This document shows, one piece after another, positions 24,204-37,505 of a stretch of DNA of 64,000 bases. The stretch lies in assembly GCA_013265495.1 (NCBI GenBank), contig MU062062.1, positions 2,090,747 through 2,154,746 on the forward strand, in the 5' to 3' direction. The notes beneath the pieces are model-generated. The model was given only the letters and a program-made list of their open reading frames with translations. It had not been told where the DNA came from and made no database searches. Position 1 is the stretch's first letter. Every line of letters starts with the position of its first letter. Source of the stretch: Vicugna vicugna. Its lineage: Eukaryota. The position numbers were made by a program, and so were the translations under genes.

Positions 24204-27200
24204 CGCAGGACAGGGGGAGAAATAGGTTCATCCCCTTGTTACAGTGATTAGCTTTCTTCGTGCAGCTGCTAAATGCCTTTGGAGAGGTTAGGTTGAAATT
24301 TCAGCCTAAAAAATATCACAGTCAGTGTTACTTAGAACAGCTGGTGGTTTCCGCCACTCACTCCCGGGCGGCCACAGTTCCAATTTGTGGCTAGCCCTGT
24401 CGTCAAACATCTCGGGGCAACCAGACTGCGACAGGATGACAGATCGCCCTCTCGCTGGATACTGACAAACAAATTAGTGCAAAGATGCTTTCCGTAGCAG
24501 ACCAGATGTGTTGAGCTCTGTCGTATGGAACCAGCAATGAGAAGCTGTCCGTGCCCCATCTGTGCCTTTTATTTTTTATTTATCTCTCTCTCACTCTCTC
24601 TTTCTTCAACCTCCTGGTGCGCCGTTACGAGGTACAAAGCGCTGAGTTGGCATGCACACGGATGAGCACATTGGGAAGCAGGCCTCATTGCCGCATCTGA
24701 AACTCGCCCAGGAGATGTTCCAGGAAGATGAGACCAACCAGTGATGGAGCCTCCGGAGCAGATGAAAGTCATTGGTAAACGCCCCGCTGGGACACGAAGC
24801 TTCATCACAAGTTTGCAGACTCCAGGAAGAGGCCGCAGAGAGCTCGGCCTCTCATGAGATTTGGAACCACGGCTCTAACTACAGGATGCGCAGTGTGTCC
24901 CTTTGTCCCCAGACCGGCAGATAGAGCGTCCACCAGGCTAGTGGGGAGTGAGGTGAGGAGCCCTGGGCTCCTCTTGTCCCCAAGTCACATGAACATTTTT
25001 AATATTCTTCAGGGTGGGGGGCATAGCTTGGTGGTAGCGCGTGTGCTCAGCGTGCAGCCCCCAGTGCCCCTGTTAAAGGGGGAAAAATTGCAAAGTAAAT
25101 TTTTAATGTTCTCCCATGTTTCTCGGTTAAGATCAGCCAGCAGAGTCTTTGAGGACCTACTGTGTACCTAGAACCCCACTAGGTACAAGGGAGAACATAA
25201 AAGGGGAGTCAAGAATTCCTGGAAAGGCTGGGTGCCCCCTTGAGTTCAATGCAGCCCACGAGGGAGCCCCACCAGAGCAAAGCACCCCATGATGAGGCTG
25301 GGCCATGAGCGTTTTAGGAGTTGGGAGGACGGAGAGGTTTCTCGTGGAGCTCCTCAGAGAGGACACAGGGACTGAACTGGGCCTTAAGGGATGAGGGGCT
25401 TCGGACTAGCGGAGAAAAGAAAGCGGCAGAAACTCTAGGAGGGGTGGAGCGCAGCAGCATGGGAGCCGGGAGCGCAGACTTGCACCGGGGCCTTACTGCA
25501 GAGGGGACGGGGCGGGGGCGCCGCCCCGGGGTCCGGTGGCAGGGGAGCCAGGGCCGGACGGAGACCTACCCTGGGGAGGCGCAGGGACTCCGAGCAGAGG
25601 CAGGGTTCGTCCTGGTGTCCTTGCCGGTGGAGGCTCCAGAACAAACGGGAAGTCAGGGCGCCCCTTCGGGCTCTGTGAAGTGGGGAGATGTTCATGCCCT
25701 GCCCACATCTCAGGGTCATTTAGCAACAGGGCTCGTGGCGGTAAATGCGGTAAATGCTGGGGTGCGTGTGGTTGCCGTCCCGCTCCGTGGGGCTGCTCTT
25801 AGGAAGACTGGCTTGCTTCCCTCTGCAGAATGGACTGGGGACGGGGAGGAAACGGGGCGGGACCTGCTGTCTGGTCAGGGAAAGCACTCTGAGTCCTTCG
25901 TCCGGGTGCTCCTCGGGCCGCTCCGGCCGGTGCTCTCCAGTTCACGTGAGTGGACTCGCGGCCACTCTCCCTGGCCCTCTTTCACCACATGGTGATTACA
26001 TCAGCTTTTTGGAGACGGGTATGTATTTGTGGCTTAGGGTTTCCATGGCTCCTGGGTGACTGACATGAGCCGCCCAGTGTCCTCCCTTGTGACCTGGCTC
26101 CCGTCGTAGGCCCTGACTCTCACCAGTGCTTTGCTGAGAGGTGGGGGCTGTGTGGCTCTGGGCTCCTCCTGGATGCTGGTGGCCTCCCTGACGCAGTGGG
26201 TGGGCAGCAGTGGGGTGCACAGAGCCCAGCAGAGCAAAGAGGAAGGAGCAGGTGACCTAGGGTGACAGAGCTTCCACCCCTGCCTCTTCTGGCCGGACAC
26301 TCACTTGCGGAAGAGGCTGAGAGCTGCTGGGACCGCACAGCCGACGGAGAGGACACTTCTGTCCTGCTCCCCCAGGACTGTGCCCTGGGTGCCCGGCGGC
26401 GGTCACCGATGTGGCCTCCGGAATCCATCCCTGCGGCCCGGGTCTCCTCTCCGGGGCCCCGCCGTGCGTGCTTGCGTCCCCACCGTCTCAGTCAGGCTGC
26501 CTCCTTTCCTCTGCCTTTTCGTCGACGCCTCCTCCTGGGCGACAAGGACCTGCCGTCCATCATCCATCAGGGTTTATTCTCCATCGTGAAAACTGCAGCC
26601 AGAAGCTGCTTCTATTTGCTGGTTGGAGTCGGCAGATCAGCCTTCACTCCAGATCTCATAAACCTCTTACAGTAAAGACCCTCGATGTGAATGCACGTCT
26701 CAATAACCAGACAGATCTCCCGACCGCCGGATACCAGCCTCGAGACGGGTCCAATCACACCGTCGTCCGTGACGCCCCCATCAGACCTCTGCCTCTGCCA
26801 CTTGGCGCCAGCCTTGCACAGAGCTGTCCGCGGAGAGGTGCTTATAGAAGTAACTGCTCGAACTTGCGCCTCTCAAGGCAGGACCTCATTAAACCGAGAA
26901 ATGGTAGGAGCTGTGCCGTGGACCAGATTAGAACCTGAGACGATATTTCCTGATGGCAAGTGAGGTCCGGGGCTTTTAAATATCATTATTCACATTCAAT
27001 CATGCACCGACTGCTTCTGCCTAATTGCTAAATGTTTTCTCTTGTGCTTAAATTCCGTGCCACAGATTATTAAAAACTGACTTTACAATATTTATTTTAC
27101 TTATCTTCTCAAGCCAGACTGGGCTTAGCCCATAGATTCTGTGAATTATTAATTTTTAAAGGCAATTTGTGCTACGTTTTACACTTGGATGATGTCCAGA

Positions 27201-28616
27201 GAGACACTGGCTTCTAGTCCAACTTGCAGAACTGAATCACTTTGATTCATCTTTAATCTGAAGACTCTTAAAGCACATACCAGAGATGGAAGGGCTAATG
27301 AATCCCTGCAAAAAGCTAACATGCACTTAGTCAACATTTAGATCCAGGGATAAAAGAGGAAACCGCCATTTTCCGCAGGCTATCTGAGCGGTAACCTTGG
27401 ACAGCATAACTCACCGGTTTTCTAACAAGAACTGCTTGGAGGCATAACGAGACGTTCATAAAACCACCGGGCCAGCAGCACTCCTGTATCACCCGTGACT
27501 TACGCGGGGGCCGCACCGCCAACCTTCTGGGCTCACTGGCAAAGCTGTTCCCTCCCAGCGGGCTCTTGGTTTTCCTCGGACTCAGCCCACTTGCGTGAGA
27601 GCCAGGCCAAACCTCTCACAGATTCCCACTTGACTATCTGTGCGCTACAGTGAGGTTCCACGCTCCACACACAGAATTCTACATTTAAATTCTGTATTAA
27701 GTCAAGAGTCGATCCCGAGACACTGAAAAGGTGAGATGCTCAGTAACCAAACGAGGTCACCTGGCACCTCTGTGTTTCTATAAAATCCCTGCTTTGGTCT
27801 CATTTTTCTTAAAACCAACCTTGTCTACATGACGAAGAGCCAGGGTTCCAGGTGAAGGTGTTTCTTCCCAGGCTCTGTGCTTACACTTACAAAAGGAATG
27901 TAGGACGTACGTGCCTGGTGCCCGGCACACGGGACATGCGACAAAAAAGGGAAATTTCCCCCAAAATATTAATAAGAATGAGATGTGGGTGTGTCTCCCC
28001 CGAAGTGTCTGAAGGATCCCAGGAAACAGAACAACGGAAACTGCGTCATTGGGCAGCACCAGCGTCCTGGGGGGGTTTCCACATGTTCCGAGAAGCTTTG
28101 GTGTGTTTACAGCAATCTGGAACGTTCTCTGTGCTCTTTTATTTTGAACTATTTTATCAATGTTGTTCAACCTAAAACTAGCCCGGGCACGAGGCAGACT
28201 TTTTCTTTCTCTTTCCAAAGCTGTTTCAGTGTTTTGTTGATTCCTTGACGAGCAGAGGCGACTGTGGGTGTCACGTCTCTCCAGCATGTGGTGCCTTAGG
28301 GGTCCCGGCCAGAGGCTCCTCCAGTGTGGACACAGTGAGAGCCCACGAGAAGGCCGGGAGGTGCGTCCAGACGTGAGCCCTGAGCCTGAACCCAGACTTG
28401 TCCTGGAGCCTCACAGATTCTCACGGGTGATCTGAAGTTCAGGATACCGTCCCCCGCGTGGGACTGGGCTGCTAGTGTTTTGCAGACAATTTAATGAAGC
28501 GCTGTGGTTACCAGGACGGTCAGTCCAGAGGCGGTCTGCAGACCCTCCCTGAACCCACAAGGCCGGGGAGGTACCACGTGATCCCAGTCCTGAGATGAGC
28601 CCAGTTCAGAGAGAAC

Positions 28617-28785
28617 ATCCATCCATCCATCCACTCACCCCTCCATCCATCTATCCACTCATCCATACATCCATCCATACATCTACACAGCCATCCATCC
28701 ATCCACCCACCCACCTGTCCACTCACCCCTCCATCCATCCATCCATCCACTCATCCATACATCCACCCACCCGTCCACTCGTCCT
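28617..28785. repeat. Degenerate (TCCA)n tetranucleotide repeat
   Basis: Runs of catccatccatcc with variants. Confidence 0.95.
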
Positions 28786-31700
28786 TCACCAGGACGCCCA
28801 CTCTCCTGCCCAGTCCCAAGTCCATATAGTAGCAAGCCTCCATGTCACACAGGGTCTTGCTAGGTCCCCCAGGTTCACTCTAACATCCCCCTTCCTGGCC
28901 CTAGCCCCTCAGGGGGAGCAGAGCATCTCCGATGCTCCCAGACTATTCCAGCCTCTTTAGCATGGGATCTTGTCCAGGCTGCACACCTGCTGAGAAGCAG
29001 TCGTGCCGCCGTCCCCTAGAGTCCATGCCCAGGGTCCAGCCACCCTCCCATTGGCCCAAGACAGTGGGCAAGTCCCGCTTTCTGTGGAGTTGGTCTTGAG
29101 TGGTGGAGACAGGTGTGTGCATGGAGGAAAATGAAGAGTCAGTGACCCCAATATGCACCTGCGCACACGAGCCACCAGTTGCCGTGTTCAATGCTCACGA
29201 CAGTGTATGGGCAGCTGCTCTCTGTAGAGACGCCTGGGCGCACGAAGGGGAAGGAGCAGAGGGAGGGCCCAGGCTGGCAGCAAGGCTGAGAGCCGGGCCT
29301 GTGTCTGGTGAGACCACTGGACCCGCCCGGAGCCGGGGGACCCAGGACCTGCCCTTTGGCCGAATTCCATGCCTGTGACTCCAGGTCCTTCCACTGCTCT
29401 TGAGCTGATCGCCACGTTCTGTCTGCTCCACGCTCTCTCTGAAGGCAGGATTATCGCGGGGTTTACACATAAGCTCAGAAGAAGTATTTTCTGCTGTTGT
29501 GGACTTTTTTGAATTTCTAGATCTAATAGCTGTAAAGAGAAATAGACAGCTATTTTAAATCAAGAGCGAAGTCACAAATCCACAGAGCAAAAGCTCAAAT
29601 GCAATTTAAATGTGCGGGTAGAGATTGTTAAGGTTTCTTAGTTGTGCAAACACTCCTTTTAGCAAACGTTCCTGGGCCCCCTTTCCAGTAGACACTCCAG
29701 GCGGTTGCAGGAGACGGCAGAGACGTCCAGCTCTCGGGAGCATTTTTAAATGTCTTTTAAAGGCCCGAGGGCTGCCCGAGACTGAAGCCTCGGCGCGGCA
29801 GCCCGGGCGTCTCCAGCCTCACCCGGAGACAAGGGCCCTTGACAAGGGACAGGCATCTCACTTGTTGTCTTTACCCTGAAACGCCTGCTTCGGAGTCCTT
29901 GACAATTTCTCAGAAAACAAGTTTCCTCAAGTTTCCTGGTAACTTGGCCAAAGCAAGGCAGAAATTAAGGGATCAGCTCTGTCGGGGTCTCCATTTCTGC
30001 CGAGTTCTTAAGTCGATCCCAGGTGAAAGTTGTTTCAAACAGAAATTTTAGAGTAGAGAAATGACACTGACAGTCATAAAGCAGCAGCTTCCAAACTTCA
30101 GTCGAAAACACAGAAAAGCAGAGATGAGCTTTTGCTGTGGGTGGATTTGGCAGGCACGGCGGTGGCCCTTCCTGTGCACCGGCGTGGTCTGGGCCCTGGG
30201 GCAGCCTCCCTGCACACAGCAGCCTGAGGGTGAATGGACCACCGGGTTGGAGGACGAAGCCCGGGGCCCAGCTGGGCGGGAGGCGGAGCTGCTCCCACGC
30301 GAGACTCTGTCCAGAACACAGCCCCACCCGCACGTGCGATTCCTAGCAGGCCTGTCCCCCGGCCGGAGGCTGGGCCCCACGGTCCCCGCAGATTTGGGAA
30401 ACTGTCCTGGCTCTGGGACTCTGCAGACAGTTCCTGGAGCAACAGAGCATCAAATTCTTGGCTTTGGGTTCAGAAAATCTCAGGCACCACTGTAGATCAG
30501 GTAGGGACTTAGGAAAATATGTCACTGGGAATCTTGGTTGTTCTGATACCACCCCCCAACCTGCGCATCGGCCTGGAGAGCCAGGAAGGGGAGCTGGTGC
30601 TGCCGGCCGGGCAGCCATGGTTAATCCTCCCGGCGGACACACTTAACGTCCTCGAGAAAGGCCAGGACACCTCCCATGGAGGTGGGGCACGTGAGAACTG
30701 GCTGGGCCGCCTCCTCCGTTTCCTGCTTTCCAACGATTTGTGGTGAAGATGGGCTGAGCCCATCGGGGCCAGGGCAGTTTGGGGCTTCAGCTCTCAACTG
30801 GGACGGTGGGAAGCGAGACCTCCCCTCCCCTCTGCAGTGAGGCCGGCGTGGTTTTCCCACGATCCTGGTGGACACTGGTGGTTAAGCTCGGAGCCCTGCT
30901 CCCAGAAACTGTCCCGCAAGGGAGACAGTGCCTTCGGGGTCAGGGACAAACACAAGGGAACCACAAGGTGAGAGGTGGCTCCTTCAACCTCAGACATTTG
31001 GAGCCAACGTAGCCTCGCCCGCGGTGGGCACCGGCAGCTTGGGACCGGAGGAGGGACTGTCCCACGACAGACACCGCCCTCCCCCAGAGGCCCGGGGCCG
31101 GAACGTGCACCTGGCAGTGTGGGAGTTAAATAAAGCAAGGGCACGTCTGCTTCCTCATTTGAGAAATAAGCTTCAACCTGGGTAAAACTCTGCCCAGGAA
31201 ACTCTGGAATGCAGTTGCTACCAAACCTGCCGGCCACGCGCTCACGTGTCGGACGGACTCGGGGTTGCTGCTGAAGGAGCGATGGGTGAGCCCCGACCTC
31301 GCGGCAGGACAATCTTGGAAGAAGCTGCCGGCCCCCTCGTGGGCTCTGAGCCTGGAAAGGCCTCTCCACACCGTCGTTACCCACTGCCGCCTCTGCCCCG
31401 CGTGGGGAAGGGCACACGGCCGCGTCCGGGCTGTGTGGCTGGTGGGTCTGACAGGCCCTTGTTCAGACTGACCTACTCTCCTCGCCGTGGGGACAGAGCC
31501 CACGGTTGCGCCCGCAACTCAACATTTGTGGGGGACGTGGGGCACCTCCTTGACCTCCCAGAGGGGTGCAGACTGAAGAAAGCAGTTAGACATTGCAAAG
31601 CCCCTGGGCACCTTGGCAGAGACGGGTCTCTCAGTGAAGTGTGAGCACACCCCTTCAGATGCAGACTTTGTCATCCCGGTCCACCCTCCCCGCCCATCAC

Positions 31701-32553
31701 CTGCCCGCCGTCTGCATCTTGGCCTGCTGTTCACGCAGAGCAATCTGTTGTGAGTTGGTTTGCTTTGCGGCTTCTCCCCCCTCCCCCCCGCCTCCAAAAA
31801 TAATCCGGGTGCAGCTGGAACAGGCCCGCACACCAGCCCAAGGTGTCCGCGTGGTCTTCAAGGCCACTCAGGGCCCCATGATCCTGGTCTGGTCAAAACC
31901 CAACCTGGAGGTGCCCCCGTTGGTGTGGGGGTGTCTTCGTGCTGTGGCTTTGAGGGGAGGCTTCCCAGGAGAATGACCTGCCTGAAAAAGTAAACCAGGA
32001 GGAAGGGTGGATCCCTGAGAGACCTTTGGTCCCCAGCGGCTCACGCAGAGCCACGGCTTCTGCCCCCCGGAGCTGGGAGCCGCGTTGGTCGGTGGTCCTC
32101 CCGGCTGCCCGCCTGCTGAGCTTCAGGTTACATCCACGGAATCTGGGAGCTCTGAAGGGGAGTTTAGGCGTCGTGTATCTCCTGACTTCCTTTGAATCTT
32201 TAAAGGGAAGGCAGGCCCTACTCTGTGCGCCCCGCCCCTCACACATGCCCAGCCCCGCACGAGCCCCCCTCGGAACCCCGAGACTGGGCCTCGCTTGCCG
32301 GCCATTTCCAATCTCTGAAACCCAGTCCAGCCCGGATTGAAATTGAGCATCTCGTGACCAAGTCTAAGCCCATCCAGGGGGACGGGGGGAGGGTCTCTGC
32401 GGGCCGGGCCCCGGTTGCAGGGTGTCCACTCGGAGGCCCGCCCTGGCCTCACGTCCTCCAGCTCAGGTTTCAGGTGCTGCTTCTCCCCAGGCAGGGGGGG
32501 TGTGGTGGCTCCAGGGGCCCGTGCCCGTGTGTCCGGCTCCTCCTGGGTGAGAG

Positions 32554-32622
32554 CTCTCTCTCTCTCTCTACCCGTCTCTGTCTCTCTCTGTCTCTGTCTC
32601 TGTCTCTGTCCCTCTGTCTCTC
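32554..32622. repeat. (CT)n / (TCTCTG)n simple repeat
   Basis: Directly visible. Confidence 0.95.
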
Positions 32623-33022
32623 TATCACCCCTTGCTCATCCCTCACAATCCGCAAGTTTCATGTGTGCTGCCCTCAGGTCCCCTCGGGCCCCCAGTTCAG
32701 AATCAAGGCCCCGTGCCCTGGGTACTGGTTACCCCCCAGACAGAGCAGCCAGGTTTCAGAACCCCCTCCTTGAGCTTGGACACACCCTGACTCACAATTT
32801 CCATGGATGGGCGCTTGCTCTGGAGCCGGCCCTCCTGCCCAGAGGCGGCCTTTGTGCTCAGGGAGTGGCGGACGTCAGTCAGCACCTCCTGCGGTCTCCT
32901 CGCGGACCACCTGGACCCCCGGGACAGGCCAGGTCTCTCGGCATCTCCCCTTCAAGCATCAGTGTGTGGAACCACTGACTACGGCGCAGACATTTGCCTT
33001 CAGTAAAGGCTCGCTGAGTGAC

Positions 33023-33332
33023 TGTCTTAGCTCGGACCGCCCTGATGAAGGACTACGGATGGCCTTAGCCAACAAGAACTCATTTCTCATGGTTCTGGCA
33101 GCTGGGTTCTGAGATGCAGGCCCCGCTCCTGCGCCGTCCACTCCCGTGGCCACACATGGCCGTCCCTCTGAGTCCACGACACCAGGCGTGTGAGATTAGG
33201 ACCCACCCAAGGATCTCCTTTGACCGTAATCGCCTCTTTAAAGACCCTGTCTCCAAACACAGTCACCTTCTGAGGGCCCGGGGATCGGAACTTCAGGGTG
33301 AATTTTGGGGAGAACACAGTTCGGCCCATGCA
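33023..33332 (-). mobile_element. MaLR (MLT1) solo LTR with intact 5-bp target-site duplication
   Basis: Starts TG (tgtcttag) and ends CA (cccatgca). It is flanked by GTGAC at 33018-33022 and 33333-33337 and has MLT1 blocks (ctctttaaagaccctgtctccaaacacagtcac, gaattttgggg). Confidence 0.85.
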
Positions 33333-34640
33333 GTGACCAAGGAACCAGCTATAGGCTGGCCACCATTTACAGTCAGATCCTGGGTTTACCCACCTGGAAG
33401 CTGCCAGGAGAAACCCTCACCCCTTGTAGGAACCAAAGCCCCTCCTGTGACAGAGCTCAGTGCAGACCCAGAATCTCTCTTTGCCTGAACAACCTTGTTC
33501 ACAGATGGCAGCTTGAAAACAGTCTCTTAAAATACGTGTTCCTGAAAATCTGCGAGAAGACGTCTTCGCTCCAGGACGCTGCTCCCTTCTCCTGCCTGCC
33601 CGGAGGTTAATTATTTTCTTGCTTCCCGGGGTAACGCACCTGTTCGAACCGCCTTGCGTCCGTGTTCAGATGGAAGCAGCATCCGTGGAAGTCAGACCCA
33701 GGTTGGAGTAGGGGTTTGGTGCGGGAAGAAAGTGGGTCAGGCTTGGGGGCGGCCATCTGTCAGAGTGTGTTTTGGCAAAAGGAAAACGCAAGGAGGTAAC
33801 TTACCAAGGAGGCCGGGGTTTGCAGCCCAGAGGCCCCGAGCGCTCCGCGGCCCCAGCTGTCATGCTCCTTCTTGCCACGTGGCTGAGCCGTGCCGGACAT
33901 GGCAGCACGCGGCCCACAAACTCAGAAGACACAAGGGCAAAACCTCACGCTAAACTGTGGAAATAGGGCAAGACCAAAGTGCCCCATTTACCCAGTGCTT
34001 TGAGAATAACCTGTACCTCGAACTCTTTAATGCCTTTCAGGAGGCGAACATAAGATCAAATCTGCAGACAGTTTGGCGATTGCAGTTTTCAATGAAAGTT
34101 CCAGGAAATGTGTTACTTCCCACAGATGAATTGCCCCGATGGCTGACGTGGGCTCGTGCCCCAAAGTGGGTTTTGAAGGTTTCATCTTCCTCAGTAAAAA
34201 TGGGTTCATCAATTGTGGGTAAGCAAAGCACTCTCTGACAGCAAACACAGCTTTCACCAGAGCCGGCTCAGAAAAGGGGGACCTTGTCACGGCCCCTCGT
34301 GTCCCCCGGTGGGTCAGCTGAGGGTCCCCAGGCTCCGCGACCCGCACGGCCGGGGTGGCGCTCGCCGCCCGAATCCAGTCCCACCTCCTGAGGCTTCTGT
34401 CTCCCCTCACACGCCCCCACCCCGTGCCTGCACACATCCAGGCGCCCTGGGTCCGAGGACGGTTCCCAAGGACCTTCACATGAGATTCTCTTTGCCACAG
34501 CGTTAAAGCCTCTTTGGTGCATTTGAAGTTTCAAACCTGTAAAATAAGAGAGAAAAAGAAAGCAAGCCAGGGCCCAGTCAGAGCCCAGCTGCACATACAG
34601 TTCACTCTTTAATACGTCAGCCTCAACTCTCTCCTTTCTA

Positions 34641-35005
34641 TTTTTCACTTTTTAAATTTTTTTGTGTTGAAGTAATCTTGATTCACAATGTTGTGTTAGT
34701 TTCTGGTGCACAGCCCAGTTACACGTATATACTCTTTTCCATCATAGGCCATTGCAAGATACTGAATACAGTCCCCTGTGCTACACAGTAGGGCCTTGTT
34801 GTTTATCTGCTTTATACATAGTGGTGTGTATCTGCTAATCCCAGAGTCCTAACTTATCCCTCCCCTCCCCTCCGGTAACCGTAGGTTTGTTCTCTATGTC
34901 TGTGCGTCTGTTTCTGTTTTGTTAAGTAAGTCCATTTGTGCCGTTCTGTGAGATCCCACATAGAAGTGATGGCATAAGATATTTGCCTTTCTCTGTCTGA
35001 AGTTT
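34641..35005 (-). mobile_element. 5'-truncated, relatively young L1 (ORF2 C-terminus and 3' UTR) with target-site duplication
   Basis: A T-rich tail is followed by cacaatgttgtgttagtttctggtg...ccctgtgctacacagtagg...gatatttgcctttctctgtctga. TCTCCTTTCTA is repeated at 34630-34640 and 35006-35016. Confidence 0.85.
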
Positions 35006-35074
35006 TCTCCTTTCTAGATTAAATGCTTTGATGCTTACTTCACATTATTTATTTTCTTGTCCAGTCACAGTTTT

Positions 35075-36520
35075 ATCTTTTAACATTTTTAAATAACCAA
35101 AGTACAGTTTATATACAGAAAACTGTGCACACTGTGTGTTGTAGTGACAACGTGTCTCTGTCTAAACGGAACGTTCCGTCACGCCAGAAAGACCCTCCTC
35201 CTTCCCAGCTGCGCTGCCTGACCCTTGGGGACAGCCCCGTCTCAACTCTTCCAACAGAGAGTAGTCTTACCTGTTCGGAATCACACAGCATGTTTTTTTT
35301 TTTTAAATGCCTAGATTTTTTTTTTTTTTTTGCTCAGCATGGTGTTCTAGAGATTCATCCGTCTCATAATGTACTTTAGTCCTTCAGTCCTGTTTTTCCG
35401 TAGCATCCATTGTGTATGTTCAAGACAATTCATTTGCACATTCTTCTGTTAGTAGGCGTTGGGATGCTTCAGTTTTGAGCTGTCATGAATACAGAATGAG
35501 CTACACGTTCTGAATGAGGTCTTTTCGTGAACACGTTTCATTTATCTTGGGTAAATTTCTGGAAGTAGCTTTGGTGGCGGTCATAGACTAAGTGTCCATT
35601 TACGCAGCCAGAACATTTCCCAAAGCTGCCATCCCCGTGGACAGAATTCCTGATTTCCCTTCAGTCCCTTTAGTCTCAGACATTCCGAGGGGTGACCTGG
35701 TTTCTCTCTCTGGTTTAGTTTGCATTTCTCTCATGTGTGTGACTGTTGAGTGCTTCTCGATGTGTTTATTTACTGGCTATTGGAGTATGTTCCTCCAGTT
35801 TCTATTTAAGCATTTTGCCCACTTTTTAATTTGAATTTTCTGTCCTTTATTATTAAGTTGCAAGAGTTCTTCCTGTATTTCAGATGAAAATCAGTTGTCC
35901 GGATTGTACGTATGTTATCCTGATCTGTGGCTTGCTTCTTGTTTTCTTAACTGTTTATTTCACTGAGCTGAAATTTTTAATTTTGGTGGAAACTAATTTA
36001 TATTTTCTTTATGATTACTGCTTTTTATATACCGTCTAAAATCTGCCTACATGAAAATCACGAAAGTCATCTGCTATATTTTCTTCTACAAGTTTTATAG
36101 TGTTAGGTTTTGCATTTAGGTTTATGATCCACTTTGTGATAATTTCCACACACAGCATGAGACAGAGCTCAGAATTCACTTTTTCCACCATGATGCAGTT
36201 TTTCAGCACTGTATTTTAAAAAGACACTTTCTCCCCATCGTATGACTTTGAGGTCTTTGTTGAAAATCAGTGCATCGTACAGGTGTGATTCTATTTCCAA
36301 GCCCTCTACTTTGTTCCATTTTTCCGTTTACCCATCTTTTGTTTGTCTGTTTTGGGGGGAGAAATCAGGTTGATCCATTTATTTTGTTGAGGGTCCCGGG
36401 GACCGAAGCCAGGACCTCGTGCCTGCCGAGCAGGTGCTCAACCCTGTACTTCCCGCCCCCGTTATCGATCTTTATGCTGTTACGTAACGGCATTTCTTCT
36501 TTGTTACCAGTATTCTCAAC
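35075..36520 (-). mobile_element. Ancient L1M (L1MC/MD/ME-like) 3' UTR and ORF2 3' region, interrupted by a SINE
   Basis: Antisense L1 landmarks: ttgcatttctct, ttgcccactttttaatt, ttttcttctacaagttttatagt, catttaggtttatgatcca, ctttgttgaaaatcagt. Confidence 0.75.
36337..36460 (-). mobile_element. tRNA-derived SINE, camelid Vic-like
   Basis: The reverse complement ggggcgggaagtacagggttgagcacctgctcggcaggcacgaggtcctggcttcggtcccc...aaataaatggatcaacctgatttctcccccc matches the camelid SINE as recalled (tRNA head with B-box remnant, aacctaattacctcccc-type tail). Confidence 0.7.
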
Positions 36521-36766
36521 CAATGTGATTTCATGTTTCCAGGAAAGGGCTTCTGCTCCCTGAAAATGCTTCCCCACCAGAACCATATGAACTCACTCCA
36601 ACAAGGGCCAAAACCATTTATTTTGCACCTAGTAGTAAGGTGTATAATACAACTGCCTGGATCAGTCCAAAGAATTCATTTAAACGTTGTCAGCGTGACT
36701 CACAGTGACCATGTTGCGGAAAAATGTATTACAGCTTGGAGATACAGCTCAGTTGTGCCGTCAACC

Positions 36767-37251
36767 TGTAACCAGGCAAAAGACACAGTAGCACCCAGAC
36801 AGTGGAGAACTCAGGCTTATTACACCAGAAAGCCCAGACCAGTTAACTCTGCAAGCTCCGAACCCCACTTGTAGATTTACACAGGCCTTTTATAGGCTGC
36901 CAGTTTTACACTTTGCAACATCATATGCAAATAAAGTACAACAGAAGTTGACCAACCAGGAACAAGCTTTGTAGAAATAGCCCCATCAGGAGTGAGCGCC
37001 ATGCAAATGAAGTAGTACAAATGGACCAATCAGAAGTTAGGGAAATAACCAATCAGAAGTGAGAGTAATAACCAATCAGGAGTGAAGGAAAGTGAGCTCA
37101 GGGAACCAATAGAATTCTAGGTGTAAGTTAGCCGCTTTAGAGGCAAAAAGTGAGATAGAGCCTCTGCGCTAGGGACCCGGACGGTGCTGGGAGGAGAGCA
37201 GCCGCCCTGCCCAGGGCTCCTGCCGGTCTCTTTATGGGGCTTCCTGCCTCA
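36767..37251 (-). mobile_element. Solo ERV LTR (about 485 bp) with recognisable U3/R/U5 signals
   Basis: The minus strand runs TG(AGGCAGG)...(GGTTA)CA. It has TATAAAA at 36888-36894 and AATAAG at 36816-36821 (both minus strand), ATGCAAAT at 36925 and 37001, and CCAAT at 37026, 37049, 37072 and 37106. TCAACC appears at both ends (36761, 37249). Confidence 0.75.
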
Positions 37252-37436
37252 ACCGGAGCTTCCCCAGACACAACTCCTGGTTGGAGGGCTGCCCGGGGCG
37301 CCGTCCTCACCAGGGCTGGGCCGGTCCAGGTCACTCAACTCATCAGGCCAGCCCAGCCGGTCCTCACCGGGTGCTCTGGGCCGAGGGGAGGCGCCACGGG
37401 CAGGAGCGTCTGCGGGGAGGGGAGCGCCGGCCCGTG

Positions 37437-37505
37437 CCGGCCCCTTCCGGCCCCTTCCGGCCCCTTCCGGCCCCTTCCGGCCCCTTCCGGCCCCTTCCGG
37501 CCCCT
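37437..37505. repeat. Perfect (CCCCTTCCGG)6 decamer array
   Basis: Six identical units at 37441-37500 plus partial flanking units. Confidence 0.98.
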
